Positions 26,211 to 37,317 are shown, counted from the stretch's first letter. The stretch is 64,000 bases of DNA from an uncultured Clostridia bacterium (GCA_934278925.1 CAKQWJ010000005.1:19615-83614); one strand, 5' to 3'. Notes: a model not told the origin generated them from the letters alone. Translations and numbers: made by a program.

Positions 26211-28949
26211 CTATGCGTTTCTTCCGCAGCAGTTCTTGTATTTCTTTCCGCTTCCGCAAGGGCAAGGATCGTTTCGTCCCACCTTCGGCGCTTTCCGATG
26301 TACCGTCTCCTGATGCTTCTCCTCTTCCGGAGCCGCATCCGGTCCGTTTGCGGGTTCCTCGTCCCGATATTCCGCCTTGGAAGATTCCTGGCTGAGAATT
26401 CGGCTGGTTCGCTCCGTGCGGGTGGTAACCGTTACGTTATAGCAATATTTTACCACTTCCTCCCGGATATCGGAAATCATTTCTTCAAACATGGAGAAAC
26501 CTTCCGAAGCGTATGCCATTGCAGGGTCCTGCTGACCCAAACCCCGAAGTCCGATACCGGTCTTCAGCTGATCCATGGCGTCGATGTGATCCATCCAGCG
26601 GTTATCTACCACTCGCAGCATGATCATCCGCTCCACTTCGCGCATCTGCTCGCTGCCGATCTCCGCTTCCTTCGCCTCGTATACCTTCTCAAAGGCCTGC
26701 TTCAGATCTTCCTTGAAGCTGTCCCCATCCAGGTTCAGCTTCTCTTCCTCCGTATATCCGGCAAACTCATCCCGGTATCTCGGAGTGATGTTGTCCAGCG
26801 CGTCGTAGATTCGGTCGAAGTCCCATTCCTCCGGATACTTGGATTCCATGGTCACCGGATCCACAATTCCGTCCACCAGTTCGCCCATCATGCCCAGGAT
26901 GTACTCCTTCAGGTCTACGCCGTCCAGAACCATCCGGCGCTGGCCGTAAATGATCTCTCTCTGCTTGTTCATTACGTTGTCGTACTGGAGCACGTATTTA
27001 CGGATGCCGAAGTTCTTGCCTTCCACCTTCTTCTGCGCGTTCTCGATGGACTTGGACAGCATGCCGGCTTCAATGGCCTCATCGTCCTCCAGCCCCACGC
27101 GCTCTACCAGGCGCTGCATCTTCTCGCCGCCGAAGAGTCTCATCAGGTCGTCTTCCAAGGAAATAAAGAACTGGGATTCACCCGGGTCTCCCTGACGTCC
27201 CGCACGGCCTCGCAGCTGGTTATCGATACGACGGGATTCGTGACGTTCCGTACCGATGATGCACAGTCCGCCCAATTCTTTTACCTGCTCCTGCTCCGGC
27301 TTTCTCTCCGCCTCGTACTCCTTGCACAGCTTCTTGTAGGTGTCTCTGGCTTCGTTCAGCTCCGGATCCTCCGACTTGGTGATTCCGGTCATAAAAGCAA
27401 GCTGCTCCGGCGTATACTCCCGGCGCTTCATCTCTTTCCGCGCTTCGAACTCCGGATTTCCGCCCAGGATGATATCCGTACCACGGCCCGCCATGTTGGT
27501 GGCGATGGTTACCGCGCCCAGGCGTCCCGCCTCAGCAACGATTTCCGCTTCTCGCTCGTGGTGCTTCGCGTTCAGCACGTTGTGCTTGATGCCTCTCTTC
27601 TTCAGCTGCTGGCTGATGAGCTCGGAAATCTCCACGGAAATGGTACCCACCAGTACCGGTTGTCCCTTTTCGTGAACTTCAGCTACTCGGTTCACGATGG
27701 CCGCATACTTTCCGGATTCGTGAGCGTATACCGCATCCTGCTTGTCCACACGGGCAATCGGCAGGTTGGTCGGAATGACCACTACGTCCATGTTGTAGAT
27801 ATCCCGGAACTCGTCTTCCTCGGTCTTCGCCGTACCGGTCATTCCGGACAGCTTCTGATACATACGGAAGTAGTTCTGCAGGGTGATGGTGGCCAGGGTC
27901 TTGGACTCCGCCCGGATGTTCACCCCTTCTTTGGCTTCGATGGCCTGATGCAGGCCGTTGCTGAAGCGGCGGCCGTACATGAGACGACCGGTAAATTCGT
28001 CGACAATCAGAATCTCGCCGTCCTGCACGATGTAGTCCACATCCCGCTTCATCAGGTAGTTGGCGCGGAGCGCCTGATTCACATAGTGGTTCAGCTCCAT
28101 GTTGTCCGGATCCGAGAAGTTCTGAATGTCAAAGTACTGCTCGCACTGCGCCACACCTTCATCCGTCAGGGAAATCTGGTTGTCCTTCTCGTCAATCTTG
28201 TAATCCGTATCCTTCAGCAGCGTCTTCACAAAACTGTTGGCGGATACGTACATACCGCTGGAATCCACGCCCTGTCCGGAAATAATCAGCGGCGTTCTGG
28301 CTTCATCGATGAGGATGGAGTCCACCTCGTCCACGATGGCGAAGTTCAGCTCTCTCTGAATCAGCTCTTCCTCATAGGTCACCATGTTGTCCCGCAGGTA
28401 GTCGAAACCGAACTCGTTGTTGGTTCCGTATGTGATGTCGCAGCGATATGCCGCCTTCCGGTCCTCGCCTTCAATGGCGTGAGTCACGCATCCCACGGTG
28501 AGTCCCAGGAAGTTGTAGATCTTTCCCATCCATTCCGCGTCACGGCTTGCCAGGTAATCGTTGACGGTAACCACGTGCACGCCCTTGCCGGTCAGCGCAT
28601 TCAGGTATGCCGCCAGAGTTGCCACCAGGGTCTTACCTTCACCGGTCTTCATCTCGGCAATTCGTCCCTGATGAAGAACCACACCGCCGATGAGCTGTAC
28701 CCGGAAGTGCTTCATGCCCACCGCACGCCATGCACCTTCCCGGCATACCGCAAAAGCTTCCGGCAGAAGGTCGTCCAATGTCTCCCCCTCGACCAAACGG
28801 TCTTTGAATTCTTGGGTTTTCCCCTTCAGCTCGTCATCCGTCAGCTTCTGCATATCCTCGTCGAAAGCCTCGATGCGGTCGACAATCTTCTCCACCTTCC
28901 GGACTTCCTTCGCATTAAGATCTCCGAATATTTTTTCCAAAAATCCCAT
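26211..28949 (-). CDS. secA: Preprotein translocase ATPase SecA
   Basis: 912 aa with a DEAD-like motor and the C-terminal zinc finger [14 protein letters not shown]. Gene order is secA then prfB, as in many Firmicutes. Confidence 0.95.
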   Translation of the reverse strand: MGFLEKIFGDLNAKEVRKVEKIVDRIEAFDEDMQKLTDDELKGKTQEFKDRLVEGETLDDLLPEAFAVCREGAWRAVGMKHFRVQLIGGVVLHQGRIAEMKTGEGKTLVATLAAYLNALTGKGVHVVTVNDYLASRDAEWMGKIYNFLGLTVGCVTHAIEGEDRKAAYRCDITYGTNNEFGFDYLRDNMVTYEEELIQRELNFAIVDEVDSILIDEARTPLIISGQGVDSSGMYVSANSFVKTLLKDTDYKIDEKDNQISLTDEGVAQCEQYFDIQNFSDPDNMELNHYVNQALRANYLMKRDVDYIVQDGEILIVDEFTGRLMYGRRFSNGLHQAIEAKEGVNIRAESKTLATITLQNYFRMYQKLSGMTGTAKTEEDEFRDIYNMDVVVIPTNLPIARVDKQDAVYAHESGKYAAIVNRVAEVHEKGQPVLVGTISVEISELISQQLKKRGIKHNVLNAKHHEREAEIVAEAGRLGAVTIATNMAGRGTDIILGGNPEFEARKEMKRREYTPEQLAFMTGITKSEDPELNEARDTYKKLCKEYEAERKPEQEQVKELGGLCIIGTERHESRRIDNQLRGRAGRQGDPGESQFFISLEDDLMRLFGGEKMQRLVERVGLEDDEAIEAGMLSKSIENAQKKVEGKNFGIRKYVLQYDNVMNKQREIIYGQRRMVLDGVDLKEYILGMMGELVDGIVDPVTMESKYPEEWDFDRIYDALDNITPRYRDEFAGYTEEEKLNLDGDSFKEDLKQAFEKVYEAKEAEIGSEQMREVERMIMLRVVDNRWMDHIDAMDQLKTGIGLRGLGQQDPAMAYASEGFSMFEEMISDIREEVVKYCYNVTVTTRTERTSRILSQESSKAEYRDEEPANGPDAAPEEEKHQETVHRKAPKVGRNDPCPCGSGKKYKNCCGRNA

Positions 28950-28971
28950 TCAACTTCTCCTTTAATTAAAA

Positions 28972-30231
28972 CTATTCATCTTCCTCCGGAATGTCCTCAA
29001 TCCGGATCTGAACCATTAACGCCCTTCTTTCATCCGCCCGGGTTACCCGCACGTGAAAAATCTTATGTCTCGACCGATAAGTGAAGGTGTCGCCCACCTT
29101 TGCCAGCCGGTCCAGCTCAATCATCACCCAGCCGTTGATGGTGGTGGCGTTGATATCGATGTCCTCGCCCACCATCTCAAAGAACTTCTCCACGTTGGCG
29201 CCGCCGGCAACGGAGTAGGATCCGTCGTACAGCCGGGTCACCTCCCGCATCTCGATGGCATCGTGTTCGTCGTAAATCTTTCCCACCAGCTCCTCGATGA
29301 TGTCTTCCATGGTAACCAGCCCGGTGGTTCCGCCGTACTCATCCACGATGATGGCAATGTGAGTCTTCTTGGTCTGCATCTTCTTCAGCAGCACCGCCGC
29401 TTTAATGGATTCCGCCACATAGGCCACCGGCTTGATGTACTGCTCCAGCTCCCGGTTCTCGCCCACCACGTAGTTGTGGAAGTCCTTCTGATTGATGATT
29501 CCGATAATGTTATCCAGGTCGTCCTCGTACACCGGAAGTCGGGAAAGCCCGCTCTCCTTAAAGGTCCGGCCGATTTCCTCCACGGAGGTTCCCAGCTCCA
29601 CCGCCACGATGTCCACTCGCGGGGTAATCACATCGATGGCCTCCAGGTCGTCGAACTCGATGGCGTTGGTAATCAGCTCCTGCTGCTCCTTGCCGATGCT
29701 TCCGCCAATCTGGGCCTCCTCCACGATGGTGATCAGCTCATCCTCGGTGTAGGATCCGTTCTCCTGAGTTCCGAAAATCTTCCCCAGCAGCTTCTTCCAC
29801 AAGGAAAAGAACACGTTCAGCGGCGTGAACAGCCACATCAGTCCCCGCATAATCGGTGCCGCAAAAAGCGCGAACCCTTCCGGGTGTTCTTTTGCAATAT
29901 TCTTCGGAGAGATTTCCCCAAAAATAAGCACCGCCACGGTCATCACCACCGTCGACACGGTCGGTCCCAAAGAGCCGCCCAGCAGCGCAACGAACATCAC
30001 CGTCGCAATGGCGGTCATGCCGATATTGGCAATATTGTTTCCAATGAGAATCGTGGAAAGCAGCTTGTCGTACCGGTCCTCCAGCTTCAACACCAGCTTC
30101 GCGTTCTTCACGTCATCATTGGCCATGTTCTTCATCTTAATGCGATTGAGGGATGTAAACGCCGTCTCCGTTGCAGAAAAGAAAGCGGATAACAATAACA
30201 GACATAAAATACTGAAAATATAGGCTGTCAA
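28972..30231 (-). CDS. CNNM/HlyC/CorC-family transporter (DUF21 membrane domain + CBS pair + CorC_HlyC)
   Basis: N-terminal DUF21 region (MTAYIFSILCLLLLSAFFSATETAFTSLNRIK), tandem CBS domains and a C-terminal transporter-associated domain. Confidence 0.85.
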   Translation of the reverse strand: MTAYIFSILCLLLLSAFFSATETAFTSLNRIKMKNMANDDVKNAKLVLKLEDRYDKLLSTILIGNNIANIGMTAIATVMFVALLGGSLGPTVSTVVMTVAVLIFGEISPKNIAKEHPEGFALFAAPIMRGLMWLFTPLNVFFSLWKKLLGKIFGTQENGSYTEDELITIVEEAQIGGSIGKEQQELITNAIEFDDLEAIDVITPRVDIVAVELGTSVEEIGRTFKESGLSRLPVYEDDLDNIIGIINQKDFHNYVVGENRELEQYIKPVAYVAESIKAAVLLKKMQTKKTHIAIIVDEYGGTTGLVTMEDIIEELVGKIYDEHDAIEMREVTRLYDGSYSVAGGANVEKFFEMVGEDIDINATTINGWVMIELDRLAKVGDTFTYRSRHKIFHVRVTRADERRALMVQIRIEDIPEEDE

Positions 30232-30395
30232 ATATTTCCTCCTGTCCCTAATTACAAATATGCCTACGCATCCTTGGATTATACTATATTATTGTGGTGA
30301 ATAAAAGAATTTCAACTATCGGGACTGAGTTTTTGGAAGGTTTTTTCAATAGATGGGGTGGGAAGTATAGATTGGATTGATAGGAATGAATCATT

Positions 30396-31079
30396 TCACG
30401 TTAATCCTATTCGCAAAATGTAGCCAACGCCTCTTTTGGTCAATATTTCAAGGTTAGAATCAATACGATTTAACTTTTTTCTGAGTGCGGAAACGTGAAC
30501 GTCAACGGTGCGATTGGAATTGCAAAATCCATAGGTATCGATCTGTGCATACAAAACTTCTCTGCGAACAACGGCGCCTATGTGCTCTATCAAGTTTTGA
30601 AGAATTACTGCTTCATTTTGGGTAAGCTCAACGGAACCGACTGCCGTTTGCAGCTGATATTTTCTTCTGTTAAATGTCATATTTCCAACAGAAATAACGT
30701 TTCCATTTGGAGCCGCACAAAAACACGCTCCCACAGCTTCCAGCAAATCATTGGGCATAAACGGAATCGTAAGATATTTGACAACATTCATGTTGAGTTG
30801 ATTGCACACATTCACGTCCTCGTTATTTTTCAATATCAAAACTACGCTGCGAAGCATATCAGCATCGCTGATATGCTTCGCAATTTTCAATTTCACATTT
30901 TCCAAACTATCTAAATCACACAAAATCAAATCAATGCCCTTAATCTGCAGCAATCTTATCGCAGATGCAGCATCGCTTGCAACCGTTACTTCATATCCGT
31001 AATTAATAAGAAAACTCTTTATGGCTGTTGCGATGACCGCATCAAATTCAATCAAAAGAACCGAATTGCTTGATTTCAT
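30396..31079 (-). CDS. OmpR/PhoB-family response regulator with an atypical receiver domain (orphan)
   Basis: A winged-helix C-terminus is present (…RTVDVHVSALRKKLNRIDSNLEILTKRGVGYIL). The receiver retains the phospho-acceptor region (IDLILCDLD), but the conserved Lys of the KPF motif is Ile (YLTIPF). No histidine kinase is adjacent, and the gene lies in an AT-rich islet. Confidence 0.6.
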   Translation of the reverse strand: MKSSNSVLLIEFDAVIATAIKSFLINYGYEVTVASDAASAIRLLQIKGIDLILCDLDSLENVKLKIAKHISDADMLRSVVLILKNNEDVNVCNQLNMNVVKYLTIPFMPNDLLEAVGACFCAAPNGNVISVGNMTFNRRKYQLQTAVGSVELTQNEAVILQNLIEHIGAVVRREVLYAQIDTYGFCNSNRTVDVHVSALRKKLNRIDSNLEILTKRGVGYILRIGLT

Positions 31080-31088
31080 ATCTCGAAC

Positions 31089-31466
31089 TTAATTCTCCCT
31101 TTTTCTTGCCATTTGAACAATTGAAAATGCACACGCTGCCACTGCTATTGCGATGACCGCACCACCCCATAGAGTTAATCCGGTTGCGATATCCGTCACC
31201 GAATATGCATTTCCATCAAATTCTTTTCCTTGAGTATACACATATAAGAACACTGCTGGAATGAATAATAAATTCCCAACCAGAAATACCAGTCTGTTTC
31301 GCAATAAAATGCATCCCGCAATTACTACGACCAATGCTAAAAATACAAACGGGTTAAGCAAAAAGTGGGTCCCGCGGATTCCGTCAACCCCGGATTGATT
31401 CGTGTACCACACGAAAGGAGAGAGTACTACTACAAGCAACGGAAACACAAACGTCTTATCTTTCAT
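31089..31466 (-). CDS. Small membrane protein (hypothetical, 125 aa)
   Basis: Four predicted transmembrane helices, inside the AT-rich islet and between the regulator and amidase genes. Confidence 0.45.
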   Translation of the reverse strand: MKDKTFVFPLLVVVLSPFVWYTNQSGVDGIRGTHFLLNPFVFLALVVVIAGCILLRNRLVFLVGNLLFIPAVFLYVYTQGKEFDGNAYSVTDIATGLTLWGGAVIAIAVAACAFSIVQMARKREN

Positions 31467-31475
31467 AGAAACCTC

Positions 31476-32438
31476 CTATTTGATTCTTATGATTCGGAAT
31501 GTATTAGTAGCTGCAATCTTTGATATAGACGCATCCACCGCGCTATTTGATCTAGCAGAATATTTCCAATCACCTTTCTTTCCACCTGTTATTATTATAG
31601 TATGATAGTATGCTATTTTTCCACTAGAATTCTTTTTTGCTAATTGAACAACATCACCTAATTTTGCTTTATCTTGCAATGTTGCCCGGTTTTTGCATGA
31701 TATTATGTTCGCGCCCTTACTCTTCCAGTATGTATAAAAATCACTTACTCTCATAAATGCCGTGCTTTGCTTATAACGATGATACGGGTTTGATGACGTG
31801 TAATGGTAGGAATACCAATATTTTGTAGTCCCATATTTGTCTGGTTTTGTCTTATATGATGGAGCATATGTGAATGATTTCCCTCCAGCCTTAATGCACT
31901 GAGAGACAAAATTAGTGCAGTCTGAGCCATATGCAGGATATGCAGGCGTATTTGGATTACGCGCATGTTTCTTTGCATACGAAATTGCTTTTGAGGACGA
32001 AAAACTCTGGTTTGTTGCAAGAGTATCTGATAGGTTATCTGATTCCGCTTTCTCCCGATCATCAATCAAGGCATATGTCGACCAGATTTCTTTTCCTTCA
32101 ATCTTGTTTCGTGCTTTTTTATTAGCATAAGAATCCGGATTGATTACATATAGTGATGCATACGCCATCATTTCCTGATAATTGTCTTGATTAAATAAGT
32201 CTATATCTTTATCAAAGACCAACTGATCTGATAAGAAATCAATATATTCCTTACTATCGATTTTAATTTCAGGGTAATTGTTCTGAATGTATGAGTTCAA
32301 ACAATTTCTTGCTTCTAAAACACTAGTTTTCTCACCAGAATCATCTTCCGCAAAAACCCCCACTGTTAACATACATAGAGTAACAACTAGTAAACATAGA
32401 ACATTACAAATAGATACTTTTTTAACGGTTGAATTCAT
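31476..32438 (-). CDS. Secreted putative amidase-domain protein (Amidase_6-like: …YGSDCTNFVSQCIKAGG…)
   Basis: Start at ATG 32438 (MNSTVKKVSICNVLCLLVVTLCMLTVGVFA, a signal peptide) with RBS AGAGGAGG. The conserved Cys-containing CTNFVSQC motif is present. The gene is AT-rich. Confidence 0.6.
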   Translation of the reverse strand: MNSTVKKVSICNVLCLLVVTLCMLTVGVFAEDDSGEKTSVLEARNCLNSYIQNNYPEIKIDSKEYIDFLSDQLVFDKDIDLFNQDNYQEMMAYASLYVINPDSYANKKARNKIEGKEIWSTYALIDDREKAESDNLSDTLATNQSFSSSKAISYAKKHARNPNTPAYPAYGSDCTNFVSQCIKAGGKSFTYAPSYKTKPDKYGTTKYWYSYHYTSSNPYHRYKQSTAFMRVSDFYTYWKSKGANIISCKNRATLQDKAKLGDVVQLAKKNSSGKIAYYHTIIITGGKKGDWKYSARSNSAVDASISKIAATNTFRIIRIK

Positions 32439-32667
32439 ACGAACCTCCTCTTTTAACACTGCAAATAACCCCCGTTGTTTTTATTTTAAACAGCTTATGT
32501 TAAATTAGTGTTAAGATGTGTTGAAAATATTTAAACACATCTTAAAATTAGTTTATTAAATTTATACACGTCTGCAATTCCAAGTACATGGGACCGTCCA
32601 TGCATCTGTAGGATCCACAAGAGGAAAACATTTTTCTCAGATTCAGCCAGAGGGAAGGTAATCGTGT

Positions 32668-33100
32668 GGGCGCCTCGGAACGGTAGCTCAAGGCTTTGCC
32701 GGGGGTGAGGCGCCAACTCGGGCGGCCCACCGGCGGGCTCCGAGGCAAAATGTTGGCGCCTCGGGACGGTAGTTCAAGGCTTTGCCGGGGATGAGGCGCC
32801 AACTCGGATGGCCCACCGGCCGACGCCGGGGCGAAAAGTTGGCGCCTCGGAACGGTGGCACAAGGCTTTGCCGGGGATAAGGCGCCAACTCGGACGCCCG
32901 GTCGGCGGGCTCCGGGGCGAAAAGTTGGCGCCTCGGAACGGTGGCTCAAGGCTTTGCCGGGGGTGAGGCGCCAACTCGGGCACCCGGCCGGCGGGCTCCG
33001 GGGCATAATGTTGGCGCCTCGAGACGGTAGCTTAAGGCTTTGCCAGGGGTGAGGCGCCAACTCGGACGCCGGCTACTCGGGCGCCGGCCGGCAGGCGCCT
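32668..33100. repeat. Tandem array of ~5 copies of an 86-87 bp hairpin-forming unit (ggcgcctcggaacggtagctcaaggctttgccgggggtga ggcgccaac tcgggcggcccaccggcgggctccgaggcaaaat gttggcgcc)
   Basis: Units start at 32668, 32755, 32841, 32927 and 33013. A perfect 9-bp inverted repeat ggcgccaac/gttggcgcc encloses a ~34-nt loop. The array shares 'ggcgccaac' and 'aaggctttgccgg' with the 4690-5445 array. Confidence 0.9.
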
Positions 33101-33148
33101 TTTAACGCCAGGAAATGAAAAAAACGGCAGAGCCGGAGGCGCTTCTCG

Positions 33149-33751
33149 TTACGCCTCGTGCTCTGCCGCGATTTCAAGATGTTCTGTGGCCGTGCCGTTT
33201 TGGATGTGGATTTCGTATCCGCAGCCGGGGCTCGGCGTCCAGTCGAAGATGTTTTTCTTCTCGCCGGAGAACAGGATTTCCATGATTGCGGAAATCACCG
33301 CTCCGTGAAGGACCGCAATGACTCGCGGATTGTCCTCTTGTAGAAGGGTTTCCAGGCCCCGGTTGACCCGGCGAAAAAAGCCTTCGTAGGAGTCTCCGCC
33401 CGGAAAATCGAATTCCGGCACCTCCCCCTTAAGCCAGCGGCTTCCCAAAGGAGTGGCCAGCACCTCGTCGAAGGTCTTCATTTCGAAAATTCCGATTTCA
33501 ATCTCTCGAAGGTCCGGAATCCGGCCGTGAGGCCTTTCCCCATAGATGGCCTCAAAGGTCTGCTCCGTGCGGAGCATCCCCGAGGTGTACAGCGCAGCGG
33601 CCTCGCCCTCCGGATACAACCCGCGCTGCCGCTTCGCCTCCACCTCCTGCCGGCCGGATGAGGTAATGGGGAGGTCCGTGCTTCCGTAGAACAGCTTCCG
33701 TTCCGTCCCCTCCGTGTTTCCGTGCCGGATTAGATACAATTTTCTTTCCAT
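33149..33751 (-). CDS. Histidine phosphatase family protein (phosphoglycerate-mutase-like)
   Basis: LYLIRHGNTEG catalytic RHG motif; 200 aa. Confidence 0.85.
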   Translation of the reverse strand: MERKLYLIRHGNTEGTERKLFYGSTDLPITSSGRQEVEAKRQRGLYPEGEAAALYTSGMLRTEQTFEAIYGERPHGRIPDLREIEIGIFEMKTFDEVLATPLGSRWLKGEVPEFDFPGGDSYEGFFRRVNRGLETLLQEDNPRVIAVLHGAVISAIMEILFSGEKKNIFDWTPSPGCGYEIHIQNGTATEHLEIAAEHEA

Positions 33752-33753
33752 GT

Positions 33754-36318
33754 CTATTTACCGCTTTTTTTCAGATTGAAGAAGCTGTCCACCGTGTGGC
33801 CGGTATCCGCCAGCAGGTTGTACTGCAGCTTCTTGTACTCGTTGATTTTCTTGGAATACTTGGATTCCTCCGTCAGGCGGTGCAGCTTGTTGTCGTCGCC
33901 CATGTAGAATTCTCCGGCGACGAACTTCACCGTCTTATGCATGTCCACCAGATACTTCTGGTAGCCCGTCATCTGAACCCCCATTTTGTCCAGGGTGTAG
34001 GCGCCCAGCATATTGGCACTGATGTCCACATTGTCCTCCGAGCCGATATCGTAGTTCGCCCAGATGATGAACGGAGTGACATACCGGTTGGCCTGCTGTT
34101 CCTTGGAAATGTTGTCCACGGACTTTCCGTTGTACAGGGCATCCCAGAAGGAATCCTCCAGGGCCGGCTGGTGGTCGCCGAACATGACGATGACCGTCGG
34201 CTCGTCCACGTTCTCGAAGTATTCCGTCAGACCCTTGAAGGCATCGTCGGATTTCTTCATCAGGTTCAGGAACAGCTCCGCCTGATCGTCCTTCAGCTTG
34301 GAATCGGTGATTTTGATTGGACGATCGATATCCCCCTGCTTCGCCGCATCGAACCCGCCGTGGTTCTGCATGGTGACGTTGAAGAGGTAGAACGGATTGC
34401 TCTGATTCTTTGTCCGGTATTCTTCATAGTATTCTTTCAGCAGCTTGAAGTCGCCTTCATCGGACATGTATTTCGCCCGGATGAAGTCCAGCTTGCTTTC
34501 CGGAATATCCTCCATGGAGATGAAGTCTTCAAATCCCAGCAGCGGATAGACCACTTCCCGGTTCCAACCCTTTCCGTAGTACGGATGCACCGCCTTGTTG
34601 TATCCGTAGTTCTGCTGCTTCAGCGTGGTGGTAAAGTTGGCCAATTCCGTGTGAACCAGGGAATTGTAGGCCACGCTTCGCGGCGGCAGGAAGGCCATGG
34701 AGGTTCCCGTCAGGAACTCGAATTCCGAGTTGGCCGTGTTGGCACCGAAGATGGACATGTGGCAATGTCCCTTGATGGTGTTTTTCTTCAGGCTGTGGAT
34801 ATACGGCATGTAATCCGAAGAGGTTTTGATCTTGCCGTCCACGTTCAGGTCCGCCAGGGACTCGTTCATTACCACCAGCACGTTCGGAGACTTCTTCCCC
34901 ACGGTGTTCTTTTTCTCCGGATCCGACGGATACTTGGCCGCGATCTTTTCCACCGCACTCACGGAATACCCTTGCGGTTTCTCGATGGTGTTGTAGGTCC
35001 AGGTAATGATAAAGGACAGGGCGGTACCTCTCCGCTTATAATATCCCTGCGGGTGCCAGGTCTTTACCTGGATGTCGTGGTTCTTCAGGAAGTCGGTGTT
35101 GAACAGGGTGTGATAGAACCCGCCCAGTGCCACGGCGCAGGCCAGCAGACCTACCAGCCGCTTCTTCCAAGGGAATCCCTTCTCCATGCGCAGGCTCAGC
35201 GCTGCGGTCACGAAGACGATGGTGAAGATCAGGGAATAGATAATCCGCAGATCCAGTTCAAAGGAGTAGTTCCCCGCAACCTCCGTCGCCGTGCTCAGGG
35301 AATAGATATCCTGGAACATGATCGGGGTTCCCCGGAACTTGAACACGTAGTAATTTCCCAGCGCGCAGACCGATGCCACCAACACGGTCAGAGACGCTGC
35401 CACGGTGGTCCGGTTGGTAATCACGTAGAAAATCCACGCCACCAGGATGTAAATCAGCAGGTTCAGCAGAACTACCAGCGGCACCCGAGTCGCCTGATGG
35501 ATGATGGCACCCAGTCCCATGTCGTAGTACCGCATCATGATGATGTGGCAGAAGAACGGCGTCGCCGCCATGAACAGCCACCCGAAGATTCGGTTCAGGC
35601 TGGCCTGCGGGAAGAATTTCTTCCGCTTCCAACGCCCATCAATCCAGTCCATCGGCAGCCAGGTGAAAACCAGGGACATCAGGAGCATGATGATCATAAA
35701 GGCCACGCTCACCACCGGCAGGAACTGATAGACCCACCGGACACGGAAATCCTGACCGGATGTTTTTTTGCCGTACACGGTGCTGCCCTTCAGATAGTCC
35801 TTCTGCTCATCGGCCATCTTGCCCATGTAGACGCCTAGGTTGTCCGTTTTCGGGCTGCCCTCGGTGCGCACCGCCAGCACGTATTCCTGTCCTTTTTCCA
35901 GGTCCGTGTTGAATTCGAATTCCGTAAAATCATCGTACTTGGTCAGGTGAATTTCGTTGCACGGCACCTCAACGGCTGACAGCACCTTGCCGCCCTTGTC
36001 CCGAATTTCAGCCCTCACCTTTCCCTTCAGAACGGTTTTGTCCAGGGTGTACAGCCGCACCCCGGCTTTCCACAGGTGGGTCTTCTGGGCCACGAAGGTC
36101 TGCGTGACCTCCCGGTCGCCGGCAATCTCCACCGGCTCGTAAGAATGGGTCTCCAGCCGCTCCAGCACGTAGTTGCGGTTAAAGGTGCCGGCATTCATGA
36201 GCACCATTCCCATTCCGCAAATAATAATCAGTGTCAAAATAATCTTCCGGACGAGAAGGACCTTTCCCTTCCCTTCAAAGCCGGAAATCTCAAAAAATCT
36301 CTGTAACTTTGCTCTCAT
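33754..36318 (-). CDS. LTA-synthase (LtaS)-family sulfatase-fold membrane protein
   Basis: Start at ATG 36318 (MRAKLQRFF…) with RBS GGGGAG. The N-terminus is polytopic; the extracellular sulfatase-like domain is C-terminal (…NVLVVMNESLADLN…FGDHQP…). Confidence 0.8.
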   Translation of the reverse strand: MRAKLQRFFEISGFEGKGKVLLVRKIILTLIIICGMGMVLMNAGTFNRNYVLERLETHSYEPVEIAGDREVTQTFVAQKTHLWKAGVRLYTLDKTVLKGKVRAEIRDKGGKVLSAVEVPCNEIHLTKYDDFTEFEFNTDLEKGQEYVLAVRTEGSPKTDNLGVYMGKMADEQKDYLKGSTVYGKKTSGQDFRVRWVYQFLPVVSVAFMIIMLLMSLVFTWLPMDWIDGRWKRKKFFPQASLNRIFGWLFMAATPFFCHIIMMRYYDMGLGAIIHQATRVPLVVLLNLLIYILVAWIFYVITNRTTVAASLTVLVASVCALGNYYVFKFRGTPIMFQDIYSLSTATEVAGNYSFELDLRIIYSLIFTIVFVTAALSLRMEKGFPWKKRLVGLLACAVALGGFYHTLFNTDFLKNHDIQVKTWHPQGYYKRRGTALSFIITWTYNTIEKPQGYSVSAVEKIAAKYPSDPEKKNTVGKKSPNVLVVMNESLADLNVDGKIKTSSDYMPYIHSLKKNTIKGHCHMSIFGANTANSEFEFLTGTSMAFLPPRSVAYNSLVHTELANFTTTLKQQNYGYNKAVHPYYGKGWNREVVYPLLGFEDFISMEDIPESKLDFIRAKYMSDEGDFKLLKEYYEEYRTKNQSNPFYLFNVTMQNHGGFDAAKQGDIDRPIKITDSKLKDDQAELFLNLMKKSDDAFKGLTEYFENVDEPTVIVMFGDHQPALEDSFWDALYNGKSVDNISKEQQANRYVTPFIIWANYDIGSEDNVDISANMLGAYTLDKMGVQMTGYQKYLVDMHKTVKFVAGEFYMGDDNKLHRLTEESKYSKKINEYKKLQYNLLADTGHTVDSFFNLKKSGK

Positions 36319-36525
36319 TTTTTCTCCCCAAAAAATATTAACCAAATAATTTTACACTCATACCCTTTCATTTTCAAGGGTTGTACGGTATAAAACTCCC
36401 GCTCCGGTGTGGAATTCCGTATAATTTTTTGCTATAATGCGTATACGGTAAAAAGAAAACTCGCACCCCCCGGAGACGTCCGGCGCGGCGCAAACTGTTT
36501 TTATGGAGAAGGAGATTACGAAGCA

Positions 36526-37116
36526 ATGGTTGAGACTGAGCACCTAATTGTACGAAACGCATCTTTTGCGGATTTGGATACTTTCGCCGAGTGGGAATCC
36601 CGGGACGATGTCATTGAGCATTTCTGCCTGGACCGCAAGCGGAATCTGGATACCCTGACGGACGACTTCCACGACGTGACGCACGACCCTTCTCGGAAAT
36701 GGCTCACCATCATGCTGAAGGGAAATCGCAAACCCATCGGTCGAATCGGCATCAACGATATCGACCCGATTAACAACTCCATGAACCTGAAAATCATCTA
36801 CATCGGAGACGCTTGCTACCGGGGCAAGGGCTACGGAAGCGAATCCATCCGTGCGGTGCTGGAGTACGCTTTTTCCGAGATGAATCTGCACCGAGTGGCC
36901 ATCGATCACTTCCTGGACGACGTGGTGAGCGAGCACCTTTACGACAGCATCGGCTTCCGGAAGGAGGGCATTATGAAGAATGCGGGCCGCCAGGGAAATG
37001 ACTACTTCGACCTGCAGATGCGGGCGATTCTTCAGGAGGAGTGGGAAGAGCAAAAAGAAATTCTGAAGAACAAGGAACCGGAGAAGGTGCCGCAGGTAAT
37101 TGCGGATTATCTGTAG
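36526..37116 (+). CDS. GNAT-family N-acetyltransferase
   Basis: Start at ATG 36526 (MVETEHLIVRNASFADLDTFAEWESRDDV…) and an acetyl-CoA-binding motif (…YRGKGYGSESIRAVLEYAF…). Confidence 0.75.
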   Translation: MVETEHLIVRNASFADLDTFAEWESRDDVIEHFCLDRKRNLDTLTDDFHDVTHDPSRKWLTIMLKGNRKPIGRIGINDIDPINNSMNLKIIYIGDACYRGKGYGSESIRAVLEYAFSEMNLHRVAIDHFLDDVVSEHLYDSIGFRKEGIMKNAGRQGNDYFDLQMRAILQEEWEEQKEILKNKEPEKVPQVIADYL

Positions 37117-37317
37117 GAAAAAAACAAAATATCGCGAAGCATCGGATTGCATCCTGCCGGGGTGCAATCTTTTTTTATATTTTTCTTGACATTGCGATTG
37201 CCGTCTTGTATTATTTCATTGTGGTTAGACTTCTTTAACTTCTGTAATAGTTATCTAACCGCCAATCCCATTTACGGATGTTCATACTACACATTAACTT
37301 GGTGCAAGGAGGTCTTC

